Below, piece after piece: positions 53,030 through 64,000 of a stretch of DNA of 64,000 nt. The notes beneath the pieces were generated by a model that saw only the letters and a program-made list of their open reading frames with translations, did no database searches and was not told the DNA's origin. Numbering within the stretch: position 1 is the first letter of the stretch; every line of letters begins with the position of its first letter. This DNA is from Macrostomum lignano (Eukaryota), in contig NIVC01000917.1 in the NCBI GenBank assembly GCA_002269645.1, forward strand, positions 186,001 to 250,000, written 5' to 3'. The translations under genes and the position numbers were made by a program.

Positions 53030-53830
53030 CTGGGGGCAGGAGCTCTCAGCCCGGATCACGTGGCCCGCCAGTTGAAGTGATGGACGGGCAGGTGGTGGAC
53101 AGGCATTGCAGCTGATCCTTCTGGTACAGGGTCTCCGTCAAGACGCTCTGGTCAGCTCGAAAGGTCGCATGGAGCAGCCCCGAGTGAGCCGAGACCAGCT
53201 TCCGCTCCAGCGTGGCCGTCAGCGTCCACGTCTCTGTGTTATGCAGCAGGGCGGTCTCGACCACCGCCTGCCACAGCTGAGCCCTCTGGCGGTCGGGCAG
53301 CGCTTCGGACTGAAGGACGGCCTGAATGAATCAGTAGGCCGCCCAGGCGAGTCCTCCGCGCCGCCGGATGTCCTCCTCCGGCGTGGGGCACCAGACCGCC
53401 GAGGTACTCGTAGATGAACCGTCTGTCTGCGCCGATGTATGTTCTGCTGGGACCTCGGTCTTAAGCACATTAACCGCAAGGCTGGCAATAGGCGCTGGGC
53501 GCCTTCAACAGTTGATGACAGGAGGGAGATGTCGTCGGCGTAGCTAAGCACAAGGCTAATCGTCAGAATCGTCGTCAGTCGAGAAGAGCGTTCCGTAGCA
53601 CGCAGCGCAAAGAGAAACGGTGCCAGGTCGCCCTGCAGAACACCAGACTCCGTTGTCCGTTGTCGCAACAGCATATAATGTGTCTCGGTACCGGTACAAC
53701 GACATGATGGCATCGATCAGCTGCTGTGGGACCCGATAGGCCCGATGGCTCGGCGGAGCGCGAGGATCTGTCCATCTGGGTCACTGTACCGCTCTGAGGC
53801 CGGAACCCGACCGAGAAACGCAGGCCAGCT
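53030..53830 (-). pseudogene. Decayed RTE-clade non-LTR retrotransposon ORF2 fragment (reverse transcriptase and thumb)
   Basis: Across frameshifts: RAYRVPQQLIDAIMSLY, GVLQGD-LAPFLF, LSYADDISLL (catalytic YADD), EEDIRRR..LAWAAY, AVVETALLHNTETWTL (RTE-type LLYGxETWTL). Confidence 0.88.
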
Positions 53831-55457
53831 CTGTTGGCCATCGCATGGAATTTGAAATTTAGACGTCAATTCACTGTCAAAGAAGACGCCTGCTACGTCA
53901 ACGATGCAAATTTGCTTCAGGGAATCGAACAATGGAAGAATCTTTGATAGTGGGCATTGTTGACTTTGACTGCTTGTGAAAGCGTTCACAATTACTGTTG
54001 CAGGAAATACAAATTGGCCTTTGACAGCAATCTGTAAGCAAAAATGCACCAGGAAATTAAAAGCATTCTATGAGAATTTACTATTCTGATTTTTTACTTT
54101 GTGTTTTTATTCCTTACAGTTTTTATCGTCTGGTAGGGGAAGACAAGAAATAAAAACACCCGAAAACCAGTTGACTTCAGTGGCGGTGCCTGGCTCATCA
54201 AAGCTTTGAGTTAGTCTGAAAACAAACTAACTGCAGCGAACTAAAGCAAGCATCTGGGCAAGCGGCATCGTTTGACCAGAAATTGTATTCTACTTGTCTC
54301 CTGTCTAGGTGCAGCAATCTTTATGCTGGCCCGAGCGTGCCCAGCTCGGATCAATTATAGGAGAACTCCGAGAGCTGTCGAGCTGCTTTATTGCAGAGCC
54401 TTATTCTCTTGGATATTGTTGCCCGCTGTCTTCTAATCTTCTAACAAATAAAAACACGAACATGTCTCTTTGTTATATACTCGTAGTTTGGCACAAGTTA
54501 AGAGCACAGTTGATTTTTTCTCTCTCGTTCATTGTGTGCGACTCGCTCTACTTGGTCTGGGTCTGTCACCTCCACATGCGCTCGGCTGACAACCCGAAGC
54601 CAGAAACCTCTAATCAAGTATGGGTGCTTCGAAACAATAGCTGTCGCAATACAAGAGATGTTGAGATGAGAACGGAATAAAAAAGTATAAAAAGGGGAAC
54701 AAGAGAGAGAAAGAGAGAAAGATAGGGAACAGCTGGAGCCGAGAGGCGACACGCCTCATCGTCATCATTTTAGCCGAGTTGTCAAGCCGGCAGCGGCTCG
54801 TAACGAGGCCCCGGGTTGAAGAGAAAACAGCGGGGGAGTCCGTCGCGGGCGGAGGCAATCATGAGAAAGATTCCGGGCACCGATGCCTACACATAGGAGA
54901 GTCTGACGCGCTCTCTCGCTCTCTCAATCTCTCAATTACACGAGAATTGAGGGGCAAAGAGGCGAGTCAGAAATGAGTCATCCATCCACACCAACAAGGC
55001 CTTGTTTTGGCCAGTAACCAAAATCCAAAGCCACGCCGCCACCCCCACTGAGTTGCAATTCTCGGCACTTAAATTCTGCTTCGCGGCAAGCAGTATTGAG
55101 CAACAGTTGCTACAGGGGGCGAGAGTGCTGAAGTCGCGGGTACTGATTCCACGCTTGCTTGTGCGACACGTTAGAAGGCGTCTGAGAATTAAAAGAGCAA
55201 TATTTCCAGACGACGGTGTACACGTCATGCTTGAGTGCGCATTGCCAGTAGGATGGGGTCCCTGAGCACATTGCTTCTTAGGTGCAGCATTACAGTTGAT
55301 GACCTTCTCATGCGTGAAAGTTTTGCGGCAAAGGACTAATTTGAGCAGCTAGTGCCAGATGCAACTCGTGCAAAATGTGGCGCACTGCGCGTGGAAAAGA
55401 AAAGATTGAATTAAAATATGAAAGCTTTGCATGTTACACGAAGTTGGTAGGATTAGC

Positions 55458-56290
55458 AGTCTGAAGCATGGGGTGAAGGCGGAATGATTCAGTCTGAAGC
55501 ATGGGGTGAAGGCGGAATGATTCAGTCTGAAGCATGGGGTGAAGGCGGAATGATTCAGTCTGAAGCATGGGGTGAAGGCGGAATGATTCAGTCTGAAGCA
55601 TGGGGTGAAGGCGGAATGATTCAGTCTGAAGCATGGGGTGAAGGCGGAATGATTCAGTCTGAAGCATGGGGTGAAGGCGGAATGATTCAGTCTGAAGCAT
55701 GGGGTGAAGGCGGAATGATTCAGTCTGAAGCATGGGGTGAAGGCGGAATGATTCAGTCTGAAGCATGGGGCGGAGGCGGAATGATTCAGTCTGAAGCATG
55801 GGGTGAAGGCGGAATGATTCAGTCTGAAGCATGGGGTGGAGGCGGAATGATTCAGTCTGAAGCATGGGTTGAAGGCGGAATGAGGCAGCCTGAAGCATGG
55901 GTTGAAGGCGGAATGAGCAGCCTGAAGCATGGGTTGGAGGCGGAATGAGGCAGCCTGAAGCATGGGTTGAAGGCGGAATGAGCAGCCTGAAGCATGGGTT
56001 GGAGGCGGAATGAGCAGCCTGAAGCATGGGGTGGAGGCGGAATGATTCAGCCTGAAGCATGGGTTGAAGGCGGAATGAGCAGCCTGAAGCATGGGGTGGA
56101 GGCGGAATGATTCAGCCTGAAGCATGGGTTGGAGGCGGAATGAGCAGCCTGAAGCATGGGGTGGAGGCGGAATGATTCAGCCTGAAGCATGGGTTGAAGG
56201 CGGAATGATTCAGCCTGAAGCATGGGTTGGAGGCGGAATGATTCAGTCTGAAGCATGGGGTGGAGGCGGAATGAGGCAGCCTGAAGCACG
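55458..56290. repeat. 33-bp minisatellite (TGAAGCATGGGGTGAAGGCGGAATGATTCAGTC), ~25 copies
   Basis: Direct repetition; homogeneous on the left, diverged 32-34-bp variants on the right. Confidence 0.97.
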
Positions 56291-59200
56291 TAGGAAGGCG
56301 TGGAATGAGAATTGTTTCTGATGAATTTTCTGATAAAATTTTCAATTATCAAATTGATGCAGGATAATATTGATTTTTCACATTCCAGATTGATAAATAC
56401 CAGCATAGCTGAAGCTACTGAGCAAACAGGGGTTGAACTGAAAATAACGGAATTATCCGGTCTTTGCTGTTTCTGTGTTTATTAGGAACGATCTGTCGGT
56501 CAACAGACACCAAATGAAATAATAGGCTGGTCTTCACTCGGTTACATCACCATTCCGGCGCTGCTCAATGGCTTTTAAATTGGTTATTAAGCCGTCAGAG
56601 CAGCTGTCACAGCGGCTACTGCAATATCCAATCGAGCGCGTTGATTTGTTTGTTGCCGGCAGTGGCGGGGATCGCCGCGGAAATTGGCTGGATTTTCTCG
56701 CGCCGCTTCGAAAGAATTGAAATTCGGTTCTAAAGTCTTGCTCCGGCCTGCAAATTGCTTCTGGCTGGCAGGCTTCTTCTTTTAGTTCAGTCACAAGCCC
56801 GTCACTCATGCGTGAGGGCGGGGACTCGAGGAGGGCCATGTGGCAGAGGGAATTCAAGCGCGGACGCCATGCCGCCCGGATCGCTCCTAGCCCGCACCAA
56901 ACGCCAAAGCGCCAAAACACCATGCAAAGGCAGCCACCCCGCCACTTCTTTACTGCATGCAGGCCTCGCAACATCGAGTTATTACGTAATCGCTCGGGGC
57001 TATATTAGCTGTCGGACCCGTTGGGCTTGGCTACCGCCAGACCCCCTCCTCCGCACCATTGGCAAGGTGGCGTGCTGTGCATGCGGTCTGCAGCTATTCT
57101 ACCCAGCTGCATATCGGGTGCGGGCGTGTTTGAGCAGCGCCCCCCCCAGTTTTTTAAACGACAACTCAACCGAAACCGTTAATTTTTGACAGCAAGCAAC
57201 AACAACAGGGCCCGGCAGCTGCGGGCTGGATTGAGAGATGAGGCTTTGTAATCATTTGAGATCGTATTCTTTGCGTGTGGGGGCAGTTGCGTCTGTTGAG
57301 GGGCTGCTGATTGCCAACGCTTCGCTCTTATGCAAGCCAAGTTATCCGTCATCACCCCGTCGGGTTCTCTTCATAGTCCATGTGTGCATTCGCTATTTGC
57401 CCTCTTTGTCTACTTTCTCTCCTTCTCTTGGCTCTTGTATACAATTAATTGATCGCCAAACCTGAAGTGGGTCCAATTGATGCGGTGAGTACTGTGCGGT
57501 TTCTAGGTTGGCTATCATGGCCAGGAAGTCTGAGGAGGCGCTGTCTGGACTGTGCTTGGTAGACAGACACGCAGACAAGGTTAACAATGGACGTATGGAA
57601 GTCATACAAGCTATTGCTAGGTAACAATATGAATAAAAATTGTTTCAAATACACGCTAGCTATAAGACTGACAGCCTATAATCAAATCAGGGGTCTACGA
57701 GATTAATCAGGCAGGCTCTTCAACGTTGTTTCCGTGAGGCTTCGCTGACAAAATTCTGTGCTCAAATCAGAAACGCGGGTAAGGGCTGGCAGTCTCCAGG
57801 ACTCCGTTTCTATATGGATACCGCGACGGCTAATACCAGGACTCAGAAAGCCAGTAACCAGCTCAAGCGGGCAGCATCTCCTATGCTTCATCTGGGGGAG
57901 AGCCATATATTATGAGTAATTTGATCAAGCCTAATGACACAGCTGCCTCGTACCTCTCAATCCTTCCGCGTCGTGGTCTCTCAAAGCGTTGGAGGGGCCT
58001 GAAAGCGGCATATAAACTAAACTATTCGTCAGGAATTATCGGGGGTAGAAACGAGAGAATGAGACGGCGCTGCAGGAGTGAAGAGGCTGTTTAGTGGGTT
58101 GAGGCTATTCAGCCGCCCAACGCAGGGGGGGGGTACTAGCTTAGAGATGGATGTTTTTGAGGGTTAGCTGGTCATCAAGGAGAGCATTTGTGCAGCTGAC
58201 TGAGGGAAACGCTTAGAATTTGGCTGGCCGCTATATTGCTGCTGCTGCTGCTGGCGTTGCTACTGCTGCCGCTGCTATTTCTGAGTCCCTTTCGCGAGGC
58301 TAATTGCGGATGTGAAGCGTGCAGGATGAGGGAGAAAAAGAGGGGTGTGGTGCTGGGTTTGCCTCTCGGCCGCACCATACTGCATGGCAGTGAACGATTC
58401 AGCATACTGGATCGCTTTTTATTGATTGAACTGTCCTGCAGGCATGGTCCCAACTCTCTCTTCTGCCATCAGCTAGAATTGCTGCTGCTGCTGCTGCCTG
58501 CATGCATGCTCATTAGAATCCCGCATTTCTGCAATTCGCTGGCTGACAAAAAACTAACAGTCAAGTTTGCACTCGAAGCTTCCAATCGAATAATAACAAA
58601 AACGGATAAATCCAAAGTGCGTGCAATTGAGAACCAGTGGGCTTAATCGATTATGATTATTGCTGTATCAAAGTTTCTGATTCCATCGCTCCAAGGTGAC
58701 GCCTGTCATCCGTCATCCGGGGCGGATTTGTGAATTCAGAGAATTTTCGAGCTTTTGTGACCGTTTTCAATGAAATATCTAACTCCCAGTTTGAAACCGC
58801 CAGGCTCACGCCATTCGTATAGTGAGTGAAGACTAAGCAATGATTGAGGGTAGCTCCAGGCCAGAAGCTGAGAGCGCGGTTAATATTATTATAGGATAGG
58901 AGCAGATTGAAAGACGGAAGCAGCTGCTGAAGGACTCAAGATGGCCGAGGTCTGGCAGGTGAGAGCTCGCTACGCACGTAAACTCCTGGCTGAGTCTTTC
59001 AATGTTTAAATCCAAAAAACCTTGACGGTCTCTCCTCAGCTCTGAAATGAGTCCTTGGCTGTGTGACGTCGTCCATTTAAGCGGAAAGATTTGACTTCCT
59101 GCGGAGCACACGCTGTTCTGCTGCCGCTCAGTCCTTGCTGCTCAGCCGAAGCTGCAATGCTCATGCGCTCATACAGTCAAATATTGTGACGGGGGACGGG

Positions 59201-59771
59201 AAGGGTCTGGCTGGATGAGGTTGAATGAACAATCTCATTCTTCGTTTGAAATTTCAGAGATGGCGTGCATGATCGATGAAAAGAAAGAAAAATGATTGAA
59301 GGCCGGCCATGGCCCACAGGACCTTTGGGTGTGCGACTCGCAGAACCCACTATATGAATTGGCTCAGCTACCAATCCAAATGCACCCAAGTGCTTCTAGC
59401 GCTTATCGCAACGATAGCACTTGTGATCACTGATCAGAAAAATGCAACTTAAGATGCTGGTGCTTAATTTTACCAGTCTTACAGATTTTACACGCGTGTA
59501 CAATATACAAGTTTCAAGCAAAAAATAATAAATTTTACTTAGATTTGAAGCGTAATTCCATGTGATTTCCAATTCAATATTATTTCTAAAATAATTTACA
59601 TAGGGGCCGACACGAGACTTTGCATGCATGCATTAGAAAACTCTGAGGGCAGGCGCAACCCTGCATGTAATTTATTTATAGGTGCGTACGTACAGTACCT
59701 TAATCTGTGAACATTCTGAGGTGCATGTCTTCGAAATACTTGTTTTTCTCCCTAAAGATGCAACTTCAGAC

Positions 59772-59982
59772 CAGTGGCAGATTTATGGGGGCGGCCGGCG
59801 GGGCGAACAGGGCGCGCACCCCCCGTCGAGTTAATTTTTTTTTCTTTTTATATGGAAAAAGTTTAGATTTTTATAGGTAGGGATACACTGATCGTGCACA
59901 TATACGTGTGTACATCATATACATATTCGTGTACCTTAGTAATCTGCGCACCCTCGTTCCAAATTTTCTGGATCCGTACCTG
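59772..59982. mobile_element. 211-bp hAT-type MITE with imperfect TIRs
   Basis: Ends CAGTGGCAGATTTA and TGGATCCGTACCTG (CAG.....GAT pattern); perfect 8-bp TSD CTTCAGAC (59764-71, 59983-90). Confidence 0.78.
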
Positions 59983-62511
59983 CTTCAGACTTCAGTATAT
60001 GTGCAGTTGATTTTATTGAACCGGAATATGGATATTGGCACAAACTTCCTAAGAATATTTGTGCGAGACAGACCGCTGTTATCTTGCCGTAAAAATAAAA
60101 TAACAAGTTTCTTCATTTTTACATAAAGTAATAAAAAACTATTTTTTTCAAATGTCTGAGAAATTTGTTTTATTTTGTTTATTTAACAAAATTCCCACTT
60201 ATGGAAAATAGGGCGTCGAAGGAAGAACACGTCGCCACTACCACTACTTACTTTTTCTTCACTGGTAGGCCTACTTACTTTAATATTTCTTACTAATATT
60301 CAATTTCGTATCTAAAAAGGATAATTGTAAGTCTTCTTTACAGTCACATTAAAAAAATATTGACTTTTTGTAACCTTCAAATGATTTTCATGAACCACGT
60401 TTTAACTTTAATATTTACCAAATACATGAGACTACTAGACTAGTCTAGTCAATAGTCAATACAAAAATAAGTCAGCTTCTTATAATGATAAGCCTAGTCA
60501 GTATCACTATTTGCATTGGTTTTAACTAGGCCCTAGTTTTTTGTGCCTTTAGGGTTATTACTAGAATATATGGATAATAATCTAATTTTGCATGCTATAC
60601 GTACCTACCCATAGCCATAGGCCTATGCTATAAATATGATATGACCAAGGTTTTTGTGCTATTAGAATATAGTTAGCATCTTTAATTTCTAAATTGTATC
60701 TGAAATTAGACCTTGGATGCAATTTTGCATCATAGGCCTATCATTAGCAAAAAACATAAGATATGATGCAATATAAGCTATATATAGGCATGCATTTGCA
60801 TATAACATAAGTTTAGATGGCCTATATAGCAAAATCTAAAAGTGGAGATATTTTGAAAACTTTTAATTCAGTTTTGTTCATAACAAAATAGATATACTAT
60901 GTTATTATAAACATAAAATGTGCTTATCTTATTAAGGCCTAATTATTTGGTTTAGTAATGAAAAGGTATTAATATTTTTATAAAAAATCTTTACTTTTTT
61001 AAAATGGCCAAAATGTATTATAGAATCCATAGACTATATTATGCTAGGTACATGCCTAAATAAAAATTGAATAATTACAAAGATGATTCAAGTTGAGGAC
61101 TTTTAAGGTTAAAAATCCAGTTGCCAACTGGCCCTTAGGGCTCTATACTCCAGATCATATATAATATAGTATATGCCCAAAAATTTGGGCATGCATTGGC
61201 CTTGTATACCAAAAGTAGACATGCATAGTTGGTCTATATTACTCTTACGAAAATAGTATGAGTGCACATCTAGTATACACTTTATAGAATCACATAAAAA
61301 AGTTATTGTAAAGTAGAAAAAAGTTCATTTTAAGAATAAATTTTAAGTTTTCTATGTTTTTAAGCTTGTAATAAAGTATTAAAACAAATCTTTGCATGTA
61401 TCAATTTTTAATATAAATAGTATTGCTAAAAATTGTATAAAAATTAACCTTATTATTTATCAAAAAGGTTCTATTACACAATTAAAAAAGGTTATTTATT
61501 GCCAATATAAACAAAGGTCATTTATTGTTGCAAAACCAATGTAGTTTTGAAGATAGGCATACATTCAATTTTTTGAGTGTGCATTTATAATTATTCAATT
61601 TTTGTTCAGGCATATACCTAGCATGATTTGGACTATGGTTGGGGTTCAAAATCTAGTAGCCAATGGCTATTTTTGGTTGCCTATTGGTAACTAGTCAAAT
61701 TCTTGAGGATAGATACTTCTAAGGCTATATTTGAAAAGCAGAAATTTGTTCTCTCAACTCTAAGATTGCTATTTATGTTGCAAACAACAATAAGCTAATA
61801 ATTCTATTATATCAATCCATATGGCACTTTTATTTAACTTAAAATTTTTTCACCTATTAGTCCCGCCTATACACTCATAATTTCTCATATAATGCTTAGA
61901 GTTGTTTCAAAATTTCAATTTTGATTTTCCAAAATTTGGAATTTTGATTTCAAAAAAATTCAAAAGTCAAAATTTTGGAAGTGTGTAAAAGAGTAGCTAA
62001 AAGAAAAACTAATTTTTGCTATATATATATGTATTTTATGCATTTTGTTTTGCATAAGCAGTCAATCAAAAGTAAAAAAGTGAGTTTGAGTCATACTAAA
62101 CATTGTTTTTCTGAATTTTGATTTCATTAAATTTTAATTACATTTTTGGAAAGTTAGCAAATTTTGATTGCAACAAAAAATGATTTCTAATAATCCTTAA
62201 GTGCAATAAAATAATTTGACTCTTTTTCTAAAGTGCACGTCCACAACTTTTCAACATTAATTCCAATAGGATGGAACTATTTTAATGGAAAGGTTGTTAT
62301 AGACATTTAAATTATATTTAAACAAAAATAATTTTTTATTCTAAATATAGTTCTCATTGTTAGAATACAAATAAAATAAGATAGTCAGCAAAAATAATTT
62401 TTTTAAACAAAGATTTTTAAATCATTGGATTTTTAGAAGTAAATAATTTTTTAATCAGTTTTCTTTCAATTATGAAAGCCATTGAAATTATAAATGTTCA
62501 TAATTATCAAA

Positions 62512-62798
62512 TAGCCCAACAAGTAAGCCGGCTTTGCAAATCTATTGTTTTTATATTTGCAAAGTGTGCACAAACTGGGCATACCAACCCTAGTTGCCAT
62601 ATTAGTTGCCGGCGCCCCGGACTCTGCCAGCGGTGCGGCTTTTGTTCGCGCCCAAGCTTTGAAGCGCGCCATCTGACGCTGCTTTTGTGAACTGGCAGCG
62701 TACTCTGTTGTTGTTGTTGTTGTTGTTGTTGTTGCCATATTAAGAGGATTTTTTTATAGTTGCTTCAAAAATTAATCCTAGAGCTGGCAACAACACTA
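62512..62798 (+). ncRNA. Box H/ACA snoRNA paralog 1, interrupted by a LINE insertion (probable pseudogene)
   Basis: Hairpin 1, H box ATACCA (62581-86), hairpin 2 split by the insert, ACA at 62793-95. Confidence 0.75.
62605..62730 (+). mobile_element. 126-bp 5'-truncated non-LTR retrotransposon (LINE 3' end) with (GTT)8 tail
   Basis: 12-bp TSD GTTGCCATATTA (62593-604, 62731-742); GC-rich insert absent from paralogs 2 and 3; open frame VAGAPDSASGAAFVRAQALKRAI*, short 3' UTR, then the microsatellite tail. Confidence 0.8.
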
Positions 62799-62956
62799 CT
62801 ATTAATATAAAAAATAGAATCCATACAATTACTTTAACTATGTATAAAAATTACAACAGCATATTATATGAGCTCAGTATAAATGTATCAATATATATCA
62901 TTTTATGTATATGTATCTTATCAGTATTAATTTTTAGGACTAATAAACTAACTAAT

Positions 62957-63098
62957 TAGCCCAGGGAGTAAGCCGGCTTTGCAAATATTCTATTGTTTGC
63001 AAGGTGTGCACAAACTGGGCATACCAACCTAGTTGCCATATTAAGAGGATCTTTCATTTTTTAGTAATTGATTGATCCTAGAGCTGGTAACAACATTT
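62957..63098 (+). ncRNA. Box H/ACA snoRNA paralog 2 (~142 nt)
   Basis: Hairpin (GCCCAG/CTGGGC basal, CTTTGCAA/TTGCAAGG apical), H box ATACCA (63021-26), hairpin (GTTGCCA/TGGTAAC basal, AGGATC/GATCCT apical), ACA (63093-95). Confidence 0.85.
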
Positions 63099-63326
63099 AA
63101 ACAATTTTTTAGTACATCTTGTTATTCTTCTCAAATTGAAAGGGCATTTAAAACAATAAAGAAGATAAATTATTTATAATCTAATTATAAAAAAGATTAT
63201 TCTGGACCCTCACAACATTCGTTAGTTCTTTAGGGGAACAATTAGAATTTATTTTTAATGGCTTTTTTCAACTATGTTCTCTAATCTCTGCTCTAGCTCA
63301 GTATTTATGGCTAATAAACTAATGAA

Positions 63327-63475
63327 TAGCCCAATGAGTAAGCCGGCTTTGCAAATTTATTGTTTGAAATAATTGCAAGGTGTGCACAAATTGGGCATAC
63401 CAGTCTTGGTTACTATATTAAGAGGATCTTTTCATATTTACTCATTGATTGATCCTAGAGCTAGTAACAACATTT
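63327..63475 (+). ncRNA. Box H/ACA snoRNA paralog 3 (~149 nt)
   Basis: Same architecture with compensatory changes (GCCCAA/TTGGGC; GTTACTA/TAGTAAC); H box 63397-402, ACA 63470-72. Confidence 0.85.
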
Positions 63476-63521
63476 TTGTCAGACTTGGCTTTACCTTATT
63501 ATTCTAATTAACTAAATGAAA

Positions 63522-63817
63522 CATACATGCGCAACAGTCGGCCGAGTCGGCCGATCCGGCCGACCAATTTGGCAGCCAACCAAGGAAGTCGCAAAAAATG
63601 CCCACCCAAAAAAACCAAGTAGTAGTACTAAGTAGCTGACGAGGCATTTTAGCTTAAAAAGACAGTTATAGTTACTCCTGCCGTTTACCCAAAGTTGCGT
63701 TAATTTTGCTTTAGGGTTTTTTTACATGTAAGTCGCATTTTTGGCCAAAAACTACGTCGCATTTTTGTTAAAACTAAGTCGCACGGCTGACAGAATTTTG
63801 GAGGTTGCGCATGTATG
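63522..63817. mobile_element. 296-bp hAT-type MITE
   Basis: Perfect 14-bp TIRs CATACATGCGCAAC and GTTGCGCATGTATG; perfect 8-bp TSD AAATGAAA (63514-21, 63818-25). Confidence 0.92.
63626..63690 (-). pseudogene. Decayed 28S rRNA fragment (helix 69-71 region) inside the MITE
   Basis: Minus strand GGGTAAACGGCAGGAGTAACTATAACTGTCTTTTTAAGCTAAAATGCCTCGTCAGCTACTTAGTA versus the conserved eukaryotic LSU GGGTAAACGGCGGGAGTAACTATGACTCTCTTAAGGTAGCCAAATGCCTCGTCATCTAATTAGTG (recalled from memory). Confidence 0.8.
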
Positions 63818-64000
63818 AAATGAAATATTAATGAGCAAAGGTCAAAGACTTCTAGACTAAAGTGCTTGTATTACAATGATGATAGAATATTGTGAGAAAG
63901 AACTCTTGACTATTGAGAGTTGGAAAACTCTCCAATTGTTGAAGTTTAAGATGCTCATAGAGTTTTATTTTTTGTGTTAAACTATTGAATTCCCCTAACC

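Noticed and set aside
56540-56552. GGTTACATCACCA identical to the solo-LTR right end and flank
   Set aside because: No matching left end or TSD found, and the adjacent sequence is unrelated to the LTR.
62512-63475. Repeat-spacer look of the snoRNA triplet, and of other arrays, as a CRISPR array
   Set aside because: Units are ~145 nt with H/ACA structure, other arrays have no unique spacers, there are no cas genes and the context is eukaryotic.
63626-63690. Functional rRNA gene
   Set aside because: Only ~65 bp, mutated, and enclosed in a MITE.
63876-63882. C-box-like ATGATGA near the snoRNA cluster
   Set aside because: No CTGA D box or terminal stem within the remaining window.

Overview
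Eukaryotic (animal) genomic window, not prokaryotic. GC-rich, Ala/Gln-rich exons, tRNA-derived SINEs and abundant mini/microsatellites resemble the flatworm Macrostomum (inference only). Three protein-coding genes are supportable: (1) the last four coding exons of an SGSM1/2 (RUTBC) Rab-GAP TBC-domain gene (+, 1700-4728); (2) an intronless class A peptide-type GPCR (+, 14058-15353); (3) a two-coding-exon LRR-Ig single-pass membrane protein (-, 43572-40344). About 12 kb (~19%, hand estimate) is tandem repeat, in about 22 arrays. The rest includes two SINE families, a 2.2-kb solo LTR with a 4-bp TSD and an intact promoter, a decayed RTE-type reverse transcriptase, and several MITEs with clear TIRs/TSDs. 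The last ~4 kb is an abruptly AT-rich island. It carries three paralogous box H/ACA snoRNA-like genes supported by compensatory base changes, one of them interrupted by a 5'-truncated LINE with a 12-bp TSD. Next to them is a hAT MITE carrying a decayed antisense fragment of 28S rRNA (helix 69-71 region). Most ORFs in the supplied track are repeat-derived or antisense shadows.
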